Assembly: GCA_038496445.1 (NCBI GenBank)
Contig: JALMLS010000279.1
Location: 84,903-148,902 of the forward strand
Direction of reading: 5' to 3'
Length of the DNA stretch: 64,000 nt
DNA from: Trichosphaerium sp. ATCC 40318
Taxonomy: Eukaryota > Protista > Tubulinea
The position numbers were made by a program, and so were the translations under genes. The notes beneath the pieces are model-generated. The model saw nothing but the letters and a program-made list of their open reading frames with translations. It had not been told where the DNA came from and searched no databases. Below, piece by piece: positions 27,189-41,746 of this stretch (position 1 is its first letter; the number at the start of each line of letters is the position of its first letter).

Positions 27189-29343
27189 CTAAGTGAGCCA
27201 TGGTGCAAAATAGCCACCATTTTCTTGTATCACCTTACAAGCTCTTTCATCTGATTTACCCCTATTCGGATTATAAACTGTCTTACCTAATGCAAGGGAT
27301 TCTTTACGCATATCTTCAACAAGTTGTGTTTGAGTACTAGCAAGATTTTTATGCTCTTAGTGAACAAAGTAAGAAAAAAAATAGTCGTTCGTTATTAAGT
27401 TATTGATTTACCGTATGGGTCATTGATGATATCAAAAAGACATCCTTCTTTACAATCCTTCTTCTCAGATAAACTTATAATCTTTCCAGTATTATTCGGA
27501 TAACGTTCACCTTAGGAATATGTAAGAAAATTGTTTGAACAGTGAAAAAAAACTCAACACTTTCAACAAATAATTTTGGTTACCTTGCCATGCGTTTGCT
27601 CTTATTTCTCCAAGTAAAAGCTTATAGTTGCCTTTAATAAAGTTTACGTATAGATCGCCTGTTACACTTGTACTGGATAAAGGAACAACAGATCTAGGAC
27701 TAGTTTGATTTGTGCCATTAATGTAATCCCACATATTAATGCTGTCAATACCAGGAAGATTCTCTGGATTATCAGAAGGATCCACGCCTGCCAAATGACA
27801 GAACTATTCAAATTGAGTATTCGTGCTGGGTTGGTAGGAAGAATTTTTTGTCGTACAGTAGCATACCAATCGCAGATGTGAATGAACCCATTCTAGGAAA
27901 ATAAAACGATTAGTCTTTGATCATGAAAGTGTACAGCCATACACGTTTTTGACCAACTTGAGATTTCACAACTCCCCCAGTTACAAATGCATTCACTCTT
28001 ACACCTCCTTGAAAATCAGAAAACTTTCCACCACGCATAGGATAGTTGTTTGCAGCGATTTGGACCTAAAAATAAACTTGATATTTCCTTTCAGCAAAGT
28101 CGTTGTACCGGCCCTCCATTATCACTACTGACAACTAAAAGAGTATTATCCCACATACCAAGATCCTTGAGCTTCTGTTTAAATAGTTAGATCACTTATT
28201 ACTTTAGCAGAACTCGTACATTTGTAAGAAGCTTCAAATTATCATCAGCGTACGAAATCATTGCTGTGTAATTTCTACGAGGTTCATTGTTTATGTTCTT
28301 AAACTCATCAATGTAACTCTCAGGCACTTCCAATGGACTATGAACCTGGACAAATAATTAGTTTGCAAACATTATTTAAAGGCATGGTACGTTTTGCATT
28401 GCATAATACAAAAAAAGAGGTTTAGATTTATCGTGTTCTTCTAGAATTTTTTGAACACGTGTTCTGTAGAGATCTCCAGCGTATACAGTATTGTTCATAT
28501 TATAAGCGGGCTTATTTGTATCCCACAGATCTATAAGAGTTAAAATTTATAACATAACAACAAAAACGAGTACCTGTATGAACGCCACATGGACTTGTAC
28601 GAGTTTCTAAAATCCAATTTAAGATGAAAAATTTATGTAAAACTGGTTACCTGTCCAGTGGTCTTCCATGCCTCCGAAGTATCCCAGTGAAGTTTTAAAT
28701 CCTCTACCTGCCGGTATGACTTCCTTGGACGACTGTCCAACATGCCTTGATCCTTCAATTAACAACAGACAGGCAAATAGTTTAGCTTGTATTTTACGTT
28801 ACCATTTTCCTACTTGATGTGAAACGTAACCAGCTTGAGACAATTTCTTTGGAATTGTCGTCATAGCTTCTGGTATTCCAGCAAGTGGAAAAGTCGTAGG
28901 GGTATTATCTTCATTCACATGGATAGGTAAACGACCACTAGTGTTGAACAAGTGAGTGCATCGTAAAACAAAACTACAGTACCTCAAAAGCGAGCTTCTA
29001 GTTGGAGAGCAATACTGAATGCAAATTAGAGCGTATTTTAAATAATAAAGGACATACCTGGTAAGTATAGTGTTGGGATAATACTATACCCTCCTTTAGT
29101 GCCAACTGATCTATTGTAGGCGTTTTAACCTCTGTGTTACCTAAGTTTGATGAATCACGTGATTTTTTGTAACGAAGTGCGCGAACCGTGGTATCCCACG
29201 TTGTAGTGTCCTAAATCATCAATCTATGTGGAATTATATTTAATACCTTTAATACTACGTACCAATGCTACTATGATATTTGGTAACCCATACGACGTTT
29301 GTAAAGCACACAAAAGAAGCGCGAAAACCAACAAACTTTTCAT
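27189..29343 (-). CDS. Arylsulfatase B/I/J-like sulfatase, secreted or lysosomal
   Basis: Signal peptide; PNIIVAL|IDDLG; YCSPTRSSLL (CxPxR formylglycine motif); VGKW|HVG; VHSPLEVP; SDNGG; HICDWYAT; GGYFAPWLT*. Confidence 0.93.
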
Positions 29344-29927
29344 TTGTGACACTGTAGTTGCTCAACAAAGAATGTAGTTTGACTTTTATTAGCATGGAGC
29401 TTACAAGAAAAGGTGCGAATTAGAGTTTAACGGCAGTAGTGAACCAAAGAGAGCATCATGAATGCGCCGAATATTATCCAGATGAAGCTTGTATTGTGTT
29501 TTTATTTTATGTTTCATTTTTATCACGTGATTGTTTGAAGAGACCTTTTCTAATGCTCCCAACCAATAAAAACGAAACTCAAAAAAGAGAATCCAAAACG
29601 CTTTCTTTGCAATTACGTGGCTATTATCCAAAGGAAAAATAAAAAGTACGTATGCGCCCAAGACGATCATTTCAATCACATACAGGGAACAGCTTGAAGG
29701 TTATCATAAACACAACTCCAAACTATCACGTGACATTCAACTTGAGAGTATGAGTACCAAAGACAGTGATTGCTTTACAACCACAGCCCAACATTGCCTG
29801 TTACGGTAATAGTACTTCACGCATAAGACGAAAAATTACTGTAGGCTTTTGTGACATGAAATTTTATTTATTTCTTCTTGTGAGCAGAAACTATCAAACA
29901 ACACAATATGTTATCAATTCCATACAA

Positions 29928-30046
29928 TAGAAGAGAGATGGAAAGCATTTAGTTTTATCCACCTAAGACACATTAGACCGTAGGATTTCACAAACTGAAA
30001 CTTACCTTTATCTGGATAGAATTAAATCGCTTTTATCTCTCTTCTA
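29928..30046. repeat. Imperfect inverted repeat (hairpin) downstream of the cassette gene, copy 1
   Basis: TAGAAGAGAGATGGAAAGCATTTAGTTTTATCCA ... TGGATAGAATTAAATCGCTTTTATCTCTCTTCTA. Confidence 0.75.
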
Positions 30047-30099
30047 GTTGTAAGTGATCGATTTGTTTTCTAGAGGATTGCAAGAAAACAAGATAGTCC

Positions 30100-31627
30100 C
30101 TACAAGAACTTTAAAGCGTTTTATGCTTTGAAGTTGTATCACAAGAATTAGCCCAATCATCAACATCTTGGTCATTAATCGGCGTATCTTCCATGAGTGT
30201 ATCTCGAATGGAATTGGAGCGTGCTACACCATTGTCTGTGATCTTTTTCAAAGTTAGAAGAAGAAAGGCAACGAAAAAAAATTGTACATATCACTTACCG
30301 CATTGGATGGAGTACTGCGCTCGGGCGTTGGGTCACTGCTATGCACAGTACCCAATTTTGGGGAATTATGGCAAGTGCTTGCGTCGTGATTATAGATTGC
30401 GCCAGTGTTTGCGTCACAGTGTTCTTTGCTGCCAATAACCTCTTGTTTTTTGTTTCTCTTGAGTTTAGCAATTTCTTTTTTTAACCTCTTATTCTCTTGT
30501 TTTAAACTCTTATTCTCTTGTTCCAATCTGTCTAGTTTATCTTCAGTTGAGAATGAAGGATCCCTTTCATGGCTGTATTCCCGTGGAGTATTATTCTTTG
30601 ACATAACAGTGATACTACGAGGCTTTTTGAACGATAATCTACATATAAAGTAAGAAATTCACACGTGAAACTACAACATAAAAAACTGATATTCTGTACG
30701 CACTCATACACTTTATCGTTTTCGTGACAAAGGCGCTCCTTTTCTTCATCTGATAAGAACACGTGGATCTTGCCTTCCTCAAATAGCTTTCTCCAATATT
30801 TTGATATGCAGTTCAGCTTGCCTCCCATGTATAGCATATAAAACTCAAACAACGTAGCTATGTGATCACCACAAGTTTTTTCACTACGATTTAGAATTAG
30901 TTGGTGTTCAAAGAGTTTTATACGCACTTTAAAGTTAAACTATCTCCTAAGTCCCACTTTGCTTTACTTTTCCTATTGGGAGATTCGTCATGATACCATT
31001 CCAGCCAATTGCTTACTCCATCTGGTCTAACAGATTTCATTACCTTGTAGAGAGGCCACAACCGCTCTATACAAGTGCGAAGTCCTTTTTTGGTGCTAGG
31101 CCCTCGATAGAACCCAACCGGGATCGTTGTAGAGCACGTCCTACACTTTGAAGTGATCAGGACGTAAGAAGTTTCTTTTGGTCTATTGTTTAAACGTTAG
31201 GGTTCAGCGTATGAAGGGTATGACAATACGTACTGTCTTGCTGAAAGAGCTTCAGCAATATTTATCTTTCCGTCATTGTTTACTGCTAAACGCTGTTCAT
31301 AGCCAACCGGCTTTCGTTGTTTCTACGACATCAGGAATTAAAAATTGGCCAATAAACAAAAACTTGTACGTTTAGGTGTTGACACGTGACAAAGTCAACT
31401 GGTTCTCCATTAGACAATTTAACTGTAACATTTAAAGGTCCAAGCTTCCCTGTCTCCGTCTAAAAGTTTATTAGGATTATCCAGATAAGCTGTTGTTGTA
31501 CCTTATCTAATAGCTTACAAAGCAGAATATCCGGTGTTAGTTTAATGCCAAGAGGCGCTTTGTGCCGTTTCGCGTTTCTTGGGATGTTATCGTCAGTCAG
31601 AACCCTTTTTCTAGTTTCAGGGTTCAT
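30100..31627 (-). CDS. Unknown protein (NLS-like N-terminus, CxxC, coiled coil), cassette copy 1
   Basis: Exons splice in frame: MNPETRKRVLTDDNIPRNAKRHK, FVTCQHLN|KQRKP, SKCRTCSTT, NWLEWYHDESP, LEQENKSLKQENKRLKKEIAKLK; stop at 30100. Confidence 0.7.
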
Positions 31628-31959
31628 TTCGTCTGCAGCACTCAATGCGAAAGAAGTTTAATATTATTTGCTGTAACATTAAGCCAGGAACTCACGAAAA
31701 AGGCTCGCAGAGTAACCGTGACTTATGTGCTATCGATTAAGGACTCTTTGGAATTTTGACTTCAAATACTAGGTTTTTTTTCAACTGGGAGAAACCCGAA
31801 TTTCTTTGCTCTTTTTGTCACTCACTTCGTAACAAGCACGTTCAAAAAATTAAGCAGCATTGCCAAGAAACTAAAGTACGTTTATTTTATGCATTTGGTT
31901 ACCACACTTTTCATTTAAAAACGTGCCAAGTTCATATTTATTTATTACGAGATGATAGG

Positions 31960-32315
31960 GCTGACTTTAAAAAATATCTTTCAACTGCTTATTCTATTCG
32001 CAGCATGAAGGAAAATGTACATGAAAGCTTGTCAAAGCCTTCATACAATTGATCTTAGTTTTACTAAAGTGAGAGATGAAGCCATTAAAGCTTTAGCTGG
32101 AACTCATACAATTAATCTTAGTTTTACTAAAGTTACAGACGAAGGCATCAAAATTGGCTGGCGTTCATACCATAAATCTTAGTAGAACTCGAGTGACAGA
32201 TAAAGGTCTCAATGTGTTGGCTGGCGTTCACACCATTTACCTTTATGAAACTCAAGTGACATATGAAGGCAGAAAAGAATTGCATGGAGTTCGTACATTT
32301 AAACTTTCATGTTAG
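31960..32315 (+). pseudogene. Truncated, frameshifted intronless LRR relic ('AGVHTI' family)
   Basis: HTIDLSFTKVRDEAIKALAGTHTINLSFTKVTDEGIK, frameshift near 32150, then LAGVHTINLSRTRVTDKGLNVLAGVHTIYLYET. Confidence 0.75.
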
Positions 32316-32813
32316 AATAAAGTATTGTAGCTTTTACGTGAAGTCCATTCGCAAAAAAACATAAAATGAGTTTACCTGTCTTTATAGCCAATCAAAAACT
32401 TTGTGGAACAAATGAAACATTGCTACTAACGCTATTCAACGGAGATTTGTTGAACGAGAATATAGTGTCTTTGCCAAGTGTCTATTCAACAAAGAAACAA
32501 ATCCTTTTTGTGTAACTAGAGGAGTTTCTTAGTGCGCTTAAGCATGGAGTATCTCAAGTTACTGAAACGTTTCACTACAGTTCTATTTCGTAAAATATCG
32601 TATGGTTAGTTAAAGCGTTGAGCATACTGATAATGTGGTGTGGCTCTGTTACATCAAACCACCTTAAGCAGAATAGTCTTCTTAAGAATCTTGGCACATG
32701 CCAAAGAGACTACCGATATCAAAGCCAGCTTTGCTAGCAGTTCAAGTCCTTATATCACAGTTAACCACTTACTTAAAACCGCAATGAAGTTGTTAAATGT
32801 TGAGAAAGGTATA

Positions 32814-35026
<2,213 letters not shown>

Positions 35027-35209
35027 TATCCGTTGGTTTGAGAAGTATTGTTCGTCACTAAGCCAACCCAGATCCAGGCTTAACCTAATACTAGCAAATT
35101 CATCTGCCGTGACATTGAAAAATACAGAATGGTATCTTTGGAACAAGATGTGCTCAAATACTCCAAGCATTTTATTATTGAGAATAAAAAGTCCAGGATT
35201 GTTCAAGGT

Positions 35210-38200
35210 GCAGGGATGAGAAATTCTACTGAATCTGGAGCAAAATCCACTTGAGTAGATTTTGATACAGTTACCCCAAACACGCCACTACACTGTAAAT
35301 AAAAATTTTGTTGGCTCATAGCCAAACAAAGTAACATGAGACGCAAGTTAGGAAAAGTAGTTAAGATTTATTTGTCAAATTTTTTTTTTTTGTATTTTTC
35401 CGCTACGCTACAAAGTCTATTGATGCTCTATTGTGATGCGGAGCTAGCATTAGTTGACCTATTCTGAGACTAAACACCAGGTGCTTTTGTTGAACTTGAC
35501 AGCAGAACTCGTCCTATCACCCCAGTCTACAATGACCATCAAAGATTTTGGCCAAAATCGTGAAGTGCGAATTACAGTGATGTTGTAGCAGATGCCTTCG
35601 TACAAAATATTCCAACAAGATCCAGATGTTACCTTGTTGATGATTGGCGCCATTACAAAGGCATCAGGTGCTACTACATTACTTCTTGTGTTGTAGGACT
35701 TGAGAAAACAATTAATACTTCAAAAAAAATAGAAAAATTAAATTCACGAAAATACATACACGAGATAAGTTTGGCTTGTTGTCTTCAAGTGGTACAACAT
35801 GTGTTGCCATAGGTATGACAGCATGAGGTGGTATTATTGGTTCTACAACATCTGTTGGCGGTTCCTAAAAATAAGTAAATTTGTGAGAAACAAAAAAAGA
35901 GAAAACATACCTCAGCTTCATTATCGCTGTCCAAGTTTAAACTTAACGCTCTCTCTGAAATCCAGGTCATTATTGAGTCATCACTCAACGAGATCACTGG
36001 AGAGCCATTAATACACAAATCCATGCTTTGAATAGAAGATGGGCTTCGTGTTGATGCTGGACTCAACAAAGACATTGGGCTGTTTGTTGTTGGAAAAGAA
36101 ATACTAGAACTGTTGCTTTTAGGTGAATCACCAATAGACGCCAAACTAAACACGTTATTAATCAGAAAAAATCAAAAAAAAAAAAAGAAAAGAGGTGTAC
36201 TCAAGAGATGCAAATGGAGCGAACGATTCTCCAGAGGCAGTAGGTGCAATAGCAAATGCATTGCATCTATTAACAGTTAGTTGAGATGTTGTAATTGGTG
36301 TTCGTACACAGAGCCACTAAAAAAAAATTAATACACAAAAATTAAAACAAAAGTAAACGTACGTTGAACTTTGACTTTGCGACTCACTTTCGTCATCACT
36401 AGAATACAAAATACGAGCTGGTCTTCTAGATTTCTTGACTGGTCGTTTTTTTGCGCGTAATTTGGCCACAGGTGCAACATCCGCTTCTTCTAAAAAAAAA
36501 TAAAATAAAATAATTAAAAAAACCAAATACTTACCATGAATAGAAGAAATAGTGCCTTCTTCACGTATGTCTCTGGTATTTAGGCCCATCACAAACAATT
36601 TAGCAGCAATGATATGTTTGCATATTTTGCCAAGCTGCACAAAATAGAAACAACCACACTTTTCATCAATAATGTCCACTGGATATTTTAAACCTAAAAG
36701 ATGTGTTAATACTTACAAAAACATGTCAAAAACTAACCTTGAGTTGTAGCGGATTCAACCATAAAAAACCGATCTTCACCAGTTTGAGGTTCCAAAGCTT
36801 GTACACTGTCAGCGAGTACAAGAGCGCGAGCACGTGCATCCAGTTCTTCTCTCTTTCGCAGCGCCTTTGATTTTGGGATTATGTTGCTGTCTGTCGCTTC
36901 GATGTCACGTTGTACAACCAAGTGCTGCTGCAATATCGCAGGCATTATGCGCAAACACTTGGCAAGTCCAAAACGATAGCCACCAAAGCCTATGTACACG
37001 AAAGTCAACAAACTTGCCATAACAATGACCAAAAAGAACTAAAAAGAAACCAAAGATGCTTTGTACAATTCTCCGAAGAATACTCAATGGAGAATAGCTA
37101 CATGAAGAATACTCAATGTGTAGACAATACGAGCAATGTTGATTTAAAAAAAAGGAAAAAAAAAACCACGTGATAAAGTGTAAACGTACCGTATACCTTA
37201 ATAAACTGTCTCCATTGTGTCTCCACTTTGTTGTTCGTATTCCAGAGACCGATACGGCACAAACGACCATAATCAGTCCAAGAATCAACCCAAGTGGCAG
37301 AAAACCTACGTATGGATTAAAGGTACGTAATATAAACAAAAAAAAACCAAAAACTATTAAAACGTACCAGTTTTTCTTGAAGTATAAGTACAGTTGGTTT
37401 GCAGGAGATATCTTTTTACCTGCTCCATCAGTGGTCCAATTGTTTGAGTTTGAGATGCACCATCTCAAAAAATCACTTTTCAATTGGTTTAAGTGTTTTT
37501 TGGATGTCGCACGCTCTAACTTGATAAGCTGGTCCATAGCACTGGTAAAATGGTTAGCGGCATTGTGTTGTGAAAAAAAAATCACAACACAAAAATCTCC
37601 CCAAACCCCAAAAAAACCGTACGCGTTCTGATGCTCTACCCTGAACAACTCACGTATCTTTTGACGCCATGTGGAGTGATAGTGGTATTGGCATAAGATG
37701 TAGCGAAAGCCGACGCGCACTATAGCGGCCCTTTCAGCTGGATCTTTGTCTATCATCACTACCGGACTCCAAACGTGTACATGCGCGACTAGGTAAGTAA
37801 GGCATTAAGTTGTGATTTTATTTTATTTTCTAAAACTTACCTCTTATACTTTCAATGCGTCTCTTTACCACAGTAAGAAACGCTGTGATGTTCTCTTCAT
37901 GGGAAGAAGAAGCAATACACAGAAAAGCCAAGAAACCGCGACCAGTAGTTACATCTTCACATACCAAACCCCACACGGGGTATTTATTACTAAAGGTACG
38001 AATTAGTAATACATTTTCAGAAAAAACCCCAATTTTGTTTTTTAATTTTTCTTTTTCAACCAAACGCATTTTACGCCAAAAAAAAAACCAAAAAATTTAA
38101 ACCACGTGTTTTCGTACCAATTCAATTTGTACACTGAATCTAACCCCACTATTTCAGACCCATAGCGCGCAAGGATGGATAAGGACTCTGTGGTTGCGAA

Positions 38201-39272
38201 TACAACCACAAAGTTTCCTTTACCATCTTTGGCTACAGGAAAGTTTTCTTTGTGCTTGGGGTATAAAATGAATGGTGCCATGGATTTGTCTGACAAAAAC
38301 GCATTCACCTCATCTATTGTGGTGACCGTACTTAAAAAAAAATTAATGTAAATAAAAATTATTTTCTGATATTGTTTTTTTTTGTACCTCGTTGTTGTTA
38401 TATTGGCTCTGCCCCAAGTAGCAACCATTTGGCGTGAGATCCGCCAATTTGTTGCTTGCACCATAGTCATGAGGCCTTCGTTTACCAAATCTCGCTTTAT
38501 TTTTGGAATAGTGTTGCATACGAAAGAACCAGCGTTTAGGTTACCAAAAAGATTGGTGACTCCAAACTCATCTTCTTCCATAGCACGCAACCGACACTAA
38601 AATAGGTAAGTAGTAAAAAATAAAAGTAAGTACAGAAAAAAAAAAGACGTACAAGTACTTTAAACTGTACTTTAGTTAAAGGTGAACCAGGAACCATTCC
38701 AGGACTGTGTGAACCTTCAATGTACACAACAGCCGTGTGCTGGTTCGCACAGTAAATGATGATGGTTACCTTTACAGTGCAGGTTTTTGGTTCACAGCCA
38801 TTTTTTAAAGCGCAGCACAGGCGCTCCTTGCACAAAAACCTGTCGGAGAGAGAATTTGCAGCAGGTACCTCATAAAAATCTCGGTACCTCTCTCCAACAA
38901 ATCGCGGATTGGAGAACTGTGGTCCTCCAGGTGCTGGTATTTTTCTGGTGCCTGGTCCAGCGCGAACACCGTATGGTTTCTTGTTAACCGTGCCGTACAG
39001 AACCGGTTCCAGTTGACACTAAACGCTTGTTAGGATTCACTAATTAGATAAAATCTCGTACTCGAAGTATGCCAAGAGTAGGCCGAAGAAAAAAGTCAGG
39101 GAGGTCACCAACCTCCACTTCGTGTGTTAGCATTGGTTGTTGTATTTGTGATTGGGTTTTGGGCTAAAAACAACGAAATCTAAGATATTTTTAGCAACCC
39201 AAAACCAAGAAATGCACGAGAATCCACTGATGTGGATTCTCGTGCACATTTAGTAGAATTTTAGTCGTCTGC
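35210..39272 (-). mobile_element. Mutator-like (MULE) DNA transposon, 4063 bp, with degenerate TIRs and a 9-bp TSD
   Basis: TSD GTTCAAGGT at 35201-35209 and 39273-39281. TIRs: left GCAGGGATGAGAAATTCTACTGAATCTGGAGCAAAATCCAC; right (reverse complement) GCAGACGACTAAAATTCTACTAAATGTGCACGAGAATCCAC. Encloses a transposase gene. Confidence 0.9.
35459..38990 (-). CDS. MULE transposase with N-terminal Cys/His region, DDE domain and SWIM zinc finger (multi-exon; start codon unresolved)
   Basis: IVGLDSVYKLN (D1), MIDKDPAE (D2), ILCQYH (CxxH), NTNNKVE (E), SWIM KCGCFYFVQLGKICKHIIA, Ser-rich tail, final exon 35459-35700. Confidence 0.85.
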
Positions 39273-39330
39273 GTTCAAGGTAGTTGGGTTGGTGTTATAT
39301 ACCAGATAATGTGAAACAGTTGTACATTGT

Positions 39331-40410
39331 TTACTGAAAGTCAAATCTCATTTTATAGCTTCTTGTTATTACTTTTACATTTCTTTCTTTAAGCGACTTT
39401 ATACATTCTCCAGAAATTTTATGTAGATTTCCTTCCAACCATATTTCACGTAATCTAGATAATCCTTTAATACCTTTATCTGTTATGTCATTACAAGAAG
39501 TAATGTCTAACACTTCAACATTTGAAAGTGGAACAAGCCAATCATTTGTTGCTGTTGTGTACGACAGATCAATGGTGTGTGCACTTGCAAGGTATTTCAT
39601 GCATGTCCCAGAAATACCACAGCGAGTTAAGTTGATATTTTTTACACCCACAAGCATAGCAATGTAATCATCTGTTACATTTGTTTCATATAAATCAATG
39701 GTATGCACACCTGCTATACTACCAAAAGATTTACCAGTGATACCTTTACACTGGCTCAAATTGATATTATGTACACCTGAAAGTGGTAAAAGCCAATCAT
39801 CTGTTACATTTGTTTGTGATAAATCAATTGTGTGTACGCCTGCAAGGTATTTCATACATGATCCTGTGATTGCCTTGCAACACAAAAGGTCTATGTTCTT
39901 AACACCTGCCAATGCTGAAACACCCTTATCAGTGACGCTTGTTTGATACAAATTTATGGTATGTACACCAACTAAGGCTGAAATACCTTTATCCGTTACG
40001 GAGGTTCGTTCTAAACCAATGGTATGTACACCAGCTAATGTTGAAATACCCACATCTGTAATGCAGCTACAATACCCCAACTTAATGGTATGTACACCAA
40101 CCAGTTCTGAAATACCTTTATCTGTGACTGAGGTGGCAAATAAATTTATATTGTGTAGCCCAGATAACATAGTCAACGCATCATCTGTAACTTTACAGTT
40201 TGACAGGTTTATACTTGGTATTCCAGCAAGTGTTTTAAAGCCAACATCTGTAAGGTGCTTCATCTCGCTTAAGTTAATATAATCGAGGTGTTTAGATTCT
40301 GGCAGATAGGCAAATTCTTTTTGCAATATCCACCCAAAGTCCAACGCTCGTACACACAAAGCTCCTTGTTTTGTGAACCCTGCATACACTACATATGTTT
40401 TACATCCCAA
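39331..40410 (-). CDS. Intronless leucine-rich repeat protein (~13 repeats of LAGVHTIxLxxTxVTDxG)
   Basis: 359-codon open frame with 22-24 aa LRRs. The track start is TTG, so the true N-terminus is uncertain. Confidence 0.8.
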   Translation of the reverse strand: MGCKTYVVYAGFTKQGALCVRALDFGWILQKEFAYLPESKHLDYINLSEMKHLTDVGFKTLAGIPSINLSNCKVTDDALTMLSGLHNINLFATSVTDKGISELVGVHTIKLGYCSCITDVGISTLAGVHTIGLERTSVTDKGISALVGVHTINLYQTSVTDKGVSALAGVKNIDLLCCKAITGSCMKYLAGVHTIDLSQTNVTDDWLLPLSGVHNINLSQCKGITGKSFGSIAGVHTIDLYETNVTDDYIAMLVGVKNINLTRCGISGTCMKYLASAHTIDLSYTTATNDWLVPLSNVEVLDITSCNDITDKGIKGLSRLREIWLEGNLHKISGECIKSLKERNVKVITRSYKMRFDFQ

Positions 40411-41293
40411 GTTACGTTGTCACTGTACGTTTTCCGCCCAGCACACAGCGATAAACAAAGATCAGTTCAACGATAAAAGAAACACTATTTGAGCATCCCT
40501 ACTGCCCTAAACGCATCTAAAAATGCTTAATACACGTCCTTTTGTTTCTAGTTTGGGTTTTTAATTGTACATGGCACAAAGAATCGTTACTAATGTTATT
40601 TATAACATGTACCTTGTGATGGTACAATTTTGGGGAGTAAAAGTGACTTGTGCCTGATTTAGGTTTTTGTTACCAGTTACGTGAAAACCAAAAGTCTCGT
40701 ACTCTCGTACAACAAATGACCTGTAATTCCTTAAAACCATTCTATTAGCTAATGTACATGTAATTGGAGTGTGTCAGTACAAAAGGTAGAGTTTACACTA
40801 TAAAACAAGCAAAGTTCCTCCCAACCACATTACTTATGCATAAGAAACGTCACCAAATAGTTTTGATTACGCGAAATGACCGAAAATAATAGCTCAAAAA
40901 AAACGCTTTTACAAATAAAAGTTACTTTGGCGTTTGCCGTGTACGTGAGCTCATACAACATTTTTAGTATGCACAAAGTGATCTTGACGTACAAACAACT
41001 AATTCAGTTTGCACAAACAGAATAAATAGAACTATTTCGTTTCCCTACGTACAGACTCCTTCAAAATTTCCAGAGATAGTTTTTTTGGATGTTTACAGCG
41101 TACTGGCAATGGTTTGGAGCCATTACGACCATACACATGCACTTTTTTCCCAGTGGGGCCAATAAGACGCACGTACAGAGATAATTTTACCCTCAGGAGC
41201 TACAAAACTTCTGCACATAGCGATATAGGCACTTAGAGAGCAGTGGAGTACAAGGAAACTTTGTGTTTGGAAAAATACCGTGAACGATTTTGA

Positions 41294-41746
41294 CTATCTG
41301 CGCGTATCTACGAGGTGTTTAACAAGAGGCAATAGTCCAAAGTCTGTAATATTCTTACAATACATGGTAGTCAGCTCACGTACACCGCAAACTTGCTTTA
41401 ATCCTTCATCTGTTATGAACCCGTATATGATCTTTAAAGACCTAACGCCAGAAAGACATAATAACTCTGTGTCTGCTCGGCGGAATAACACTATTTCGGT
41501 GTTGTTTAGGAGTGGGCTTCCAGAAAGGCGAGAAATATTTGCAGCTGAGCCAAGCGTAATAGAGCCATACCCAACATGATAGTGAATAATGTCTGATAAA
41601 CGTCTGCAGCTTTGAGAAACGAGAAATCGCGATGAACGGTCCACAAATGATAGTAAATGAGCCAATATCTCTGTTGGTAGATTTAAAAGCTCAATATTTT
41701 CTAATTCGCCCTCAAACAGAGTGTCGCGGTTGTTTATTCTTTCCAT
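41294..41746 (-). CDS. F-box plus short LRR protein, possibly a truncated pseudogene
   Basis: F-box LLNLPTEILAHLLSFV...LVSQSCRRL; LRRs LSGVRSL..ITDEGL and CKNITDFGL. Coding-like sequence continues past the stop in other frames. Confidence 0.65.
   Translation of the reverse strand: MERINNRDTLFEGELENIELLNLPTEILAHLLSFVDRSSRFLVSQSCRRLSDIIHYHVGYGSITLGSAANISRLSGSPLLNNTEIVLFRRADTELLCLSGVRSLKIIYGFITDEGLKQVCGVRELTTMYCKNITDFGLLPLVKHLVDTRR

Larger units (their letters stand above)
29860..31907 (-). repeat. Dispersed cassette copy 1 (inverted relative to 56230-58595)
   Basis: Homology covers upstream flank, exons, introns, 3' hairpin and the poly(A)-signal region. Ends are approximate; no TSD found. 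Confidence 0.85.

Noticed and set aside
37170-37631. 153-aa plus-strand ORF inside the MULE
   Set aside because: Antisense to transposase exons and poly-T introns; no independent coding signal.
39485-40282. Plus-strand repetitive ORFs (MVCTP...)
   Set aside because: Antisense reading of the LRR repeats.
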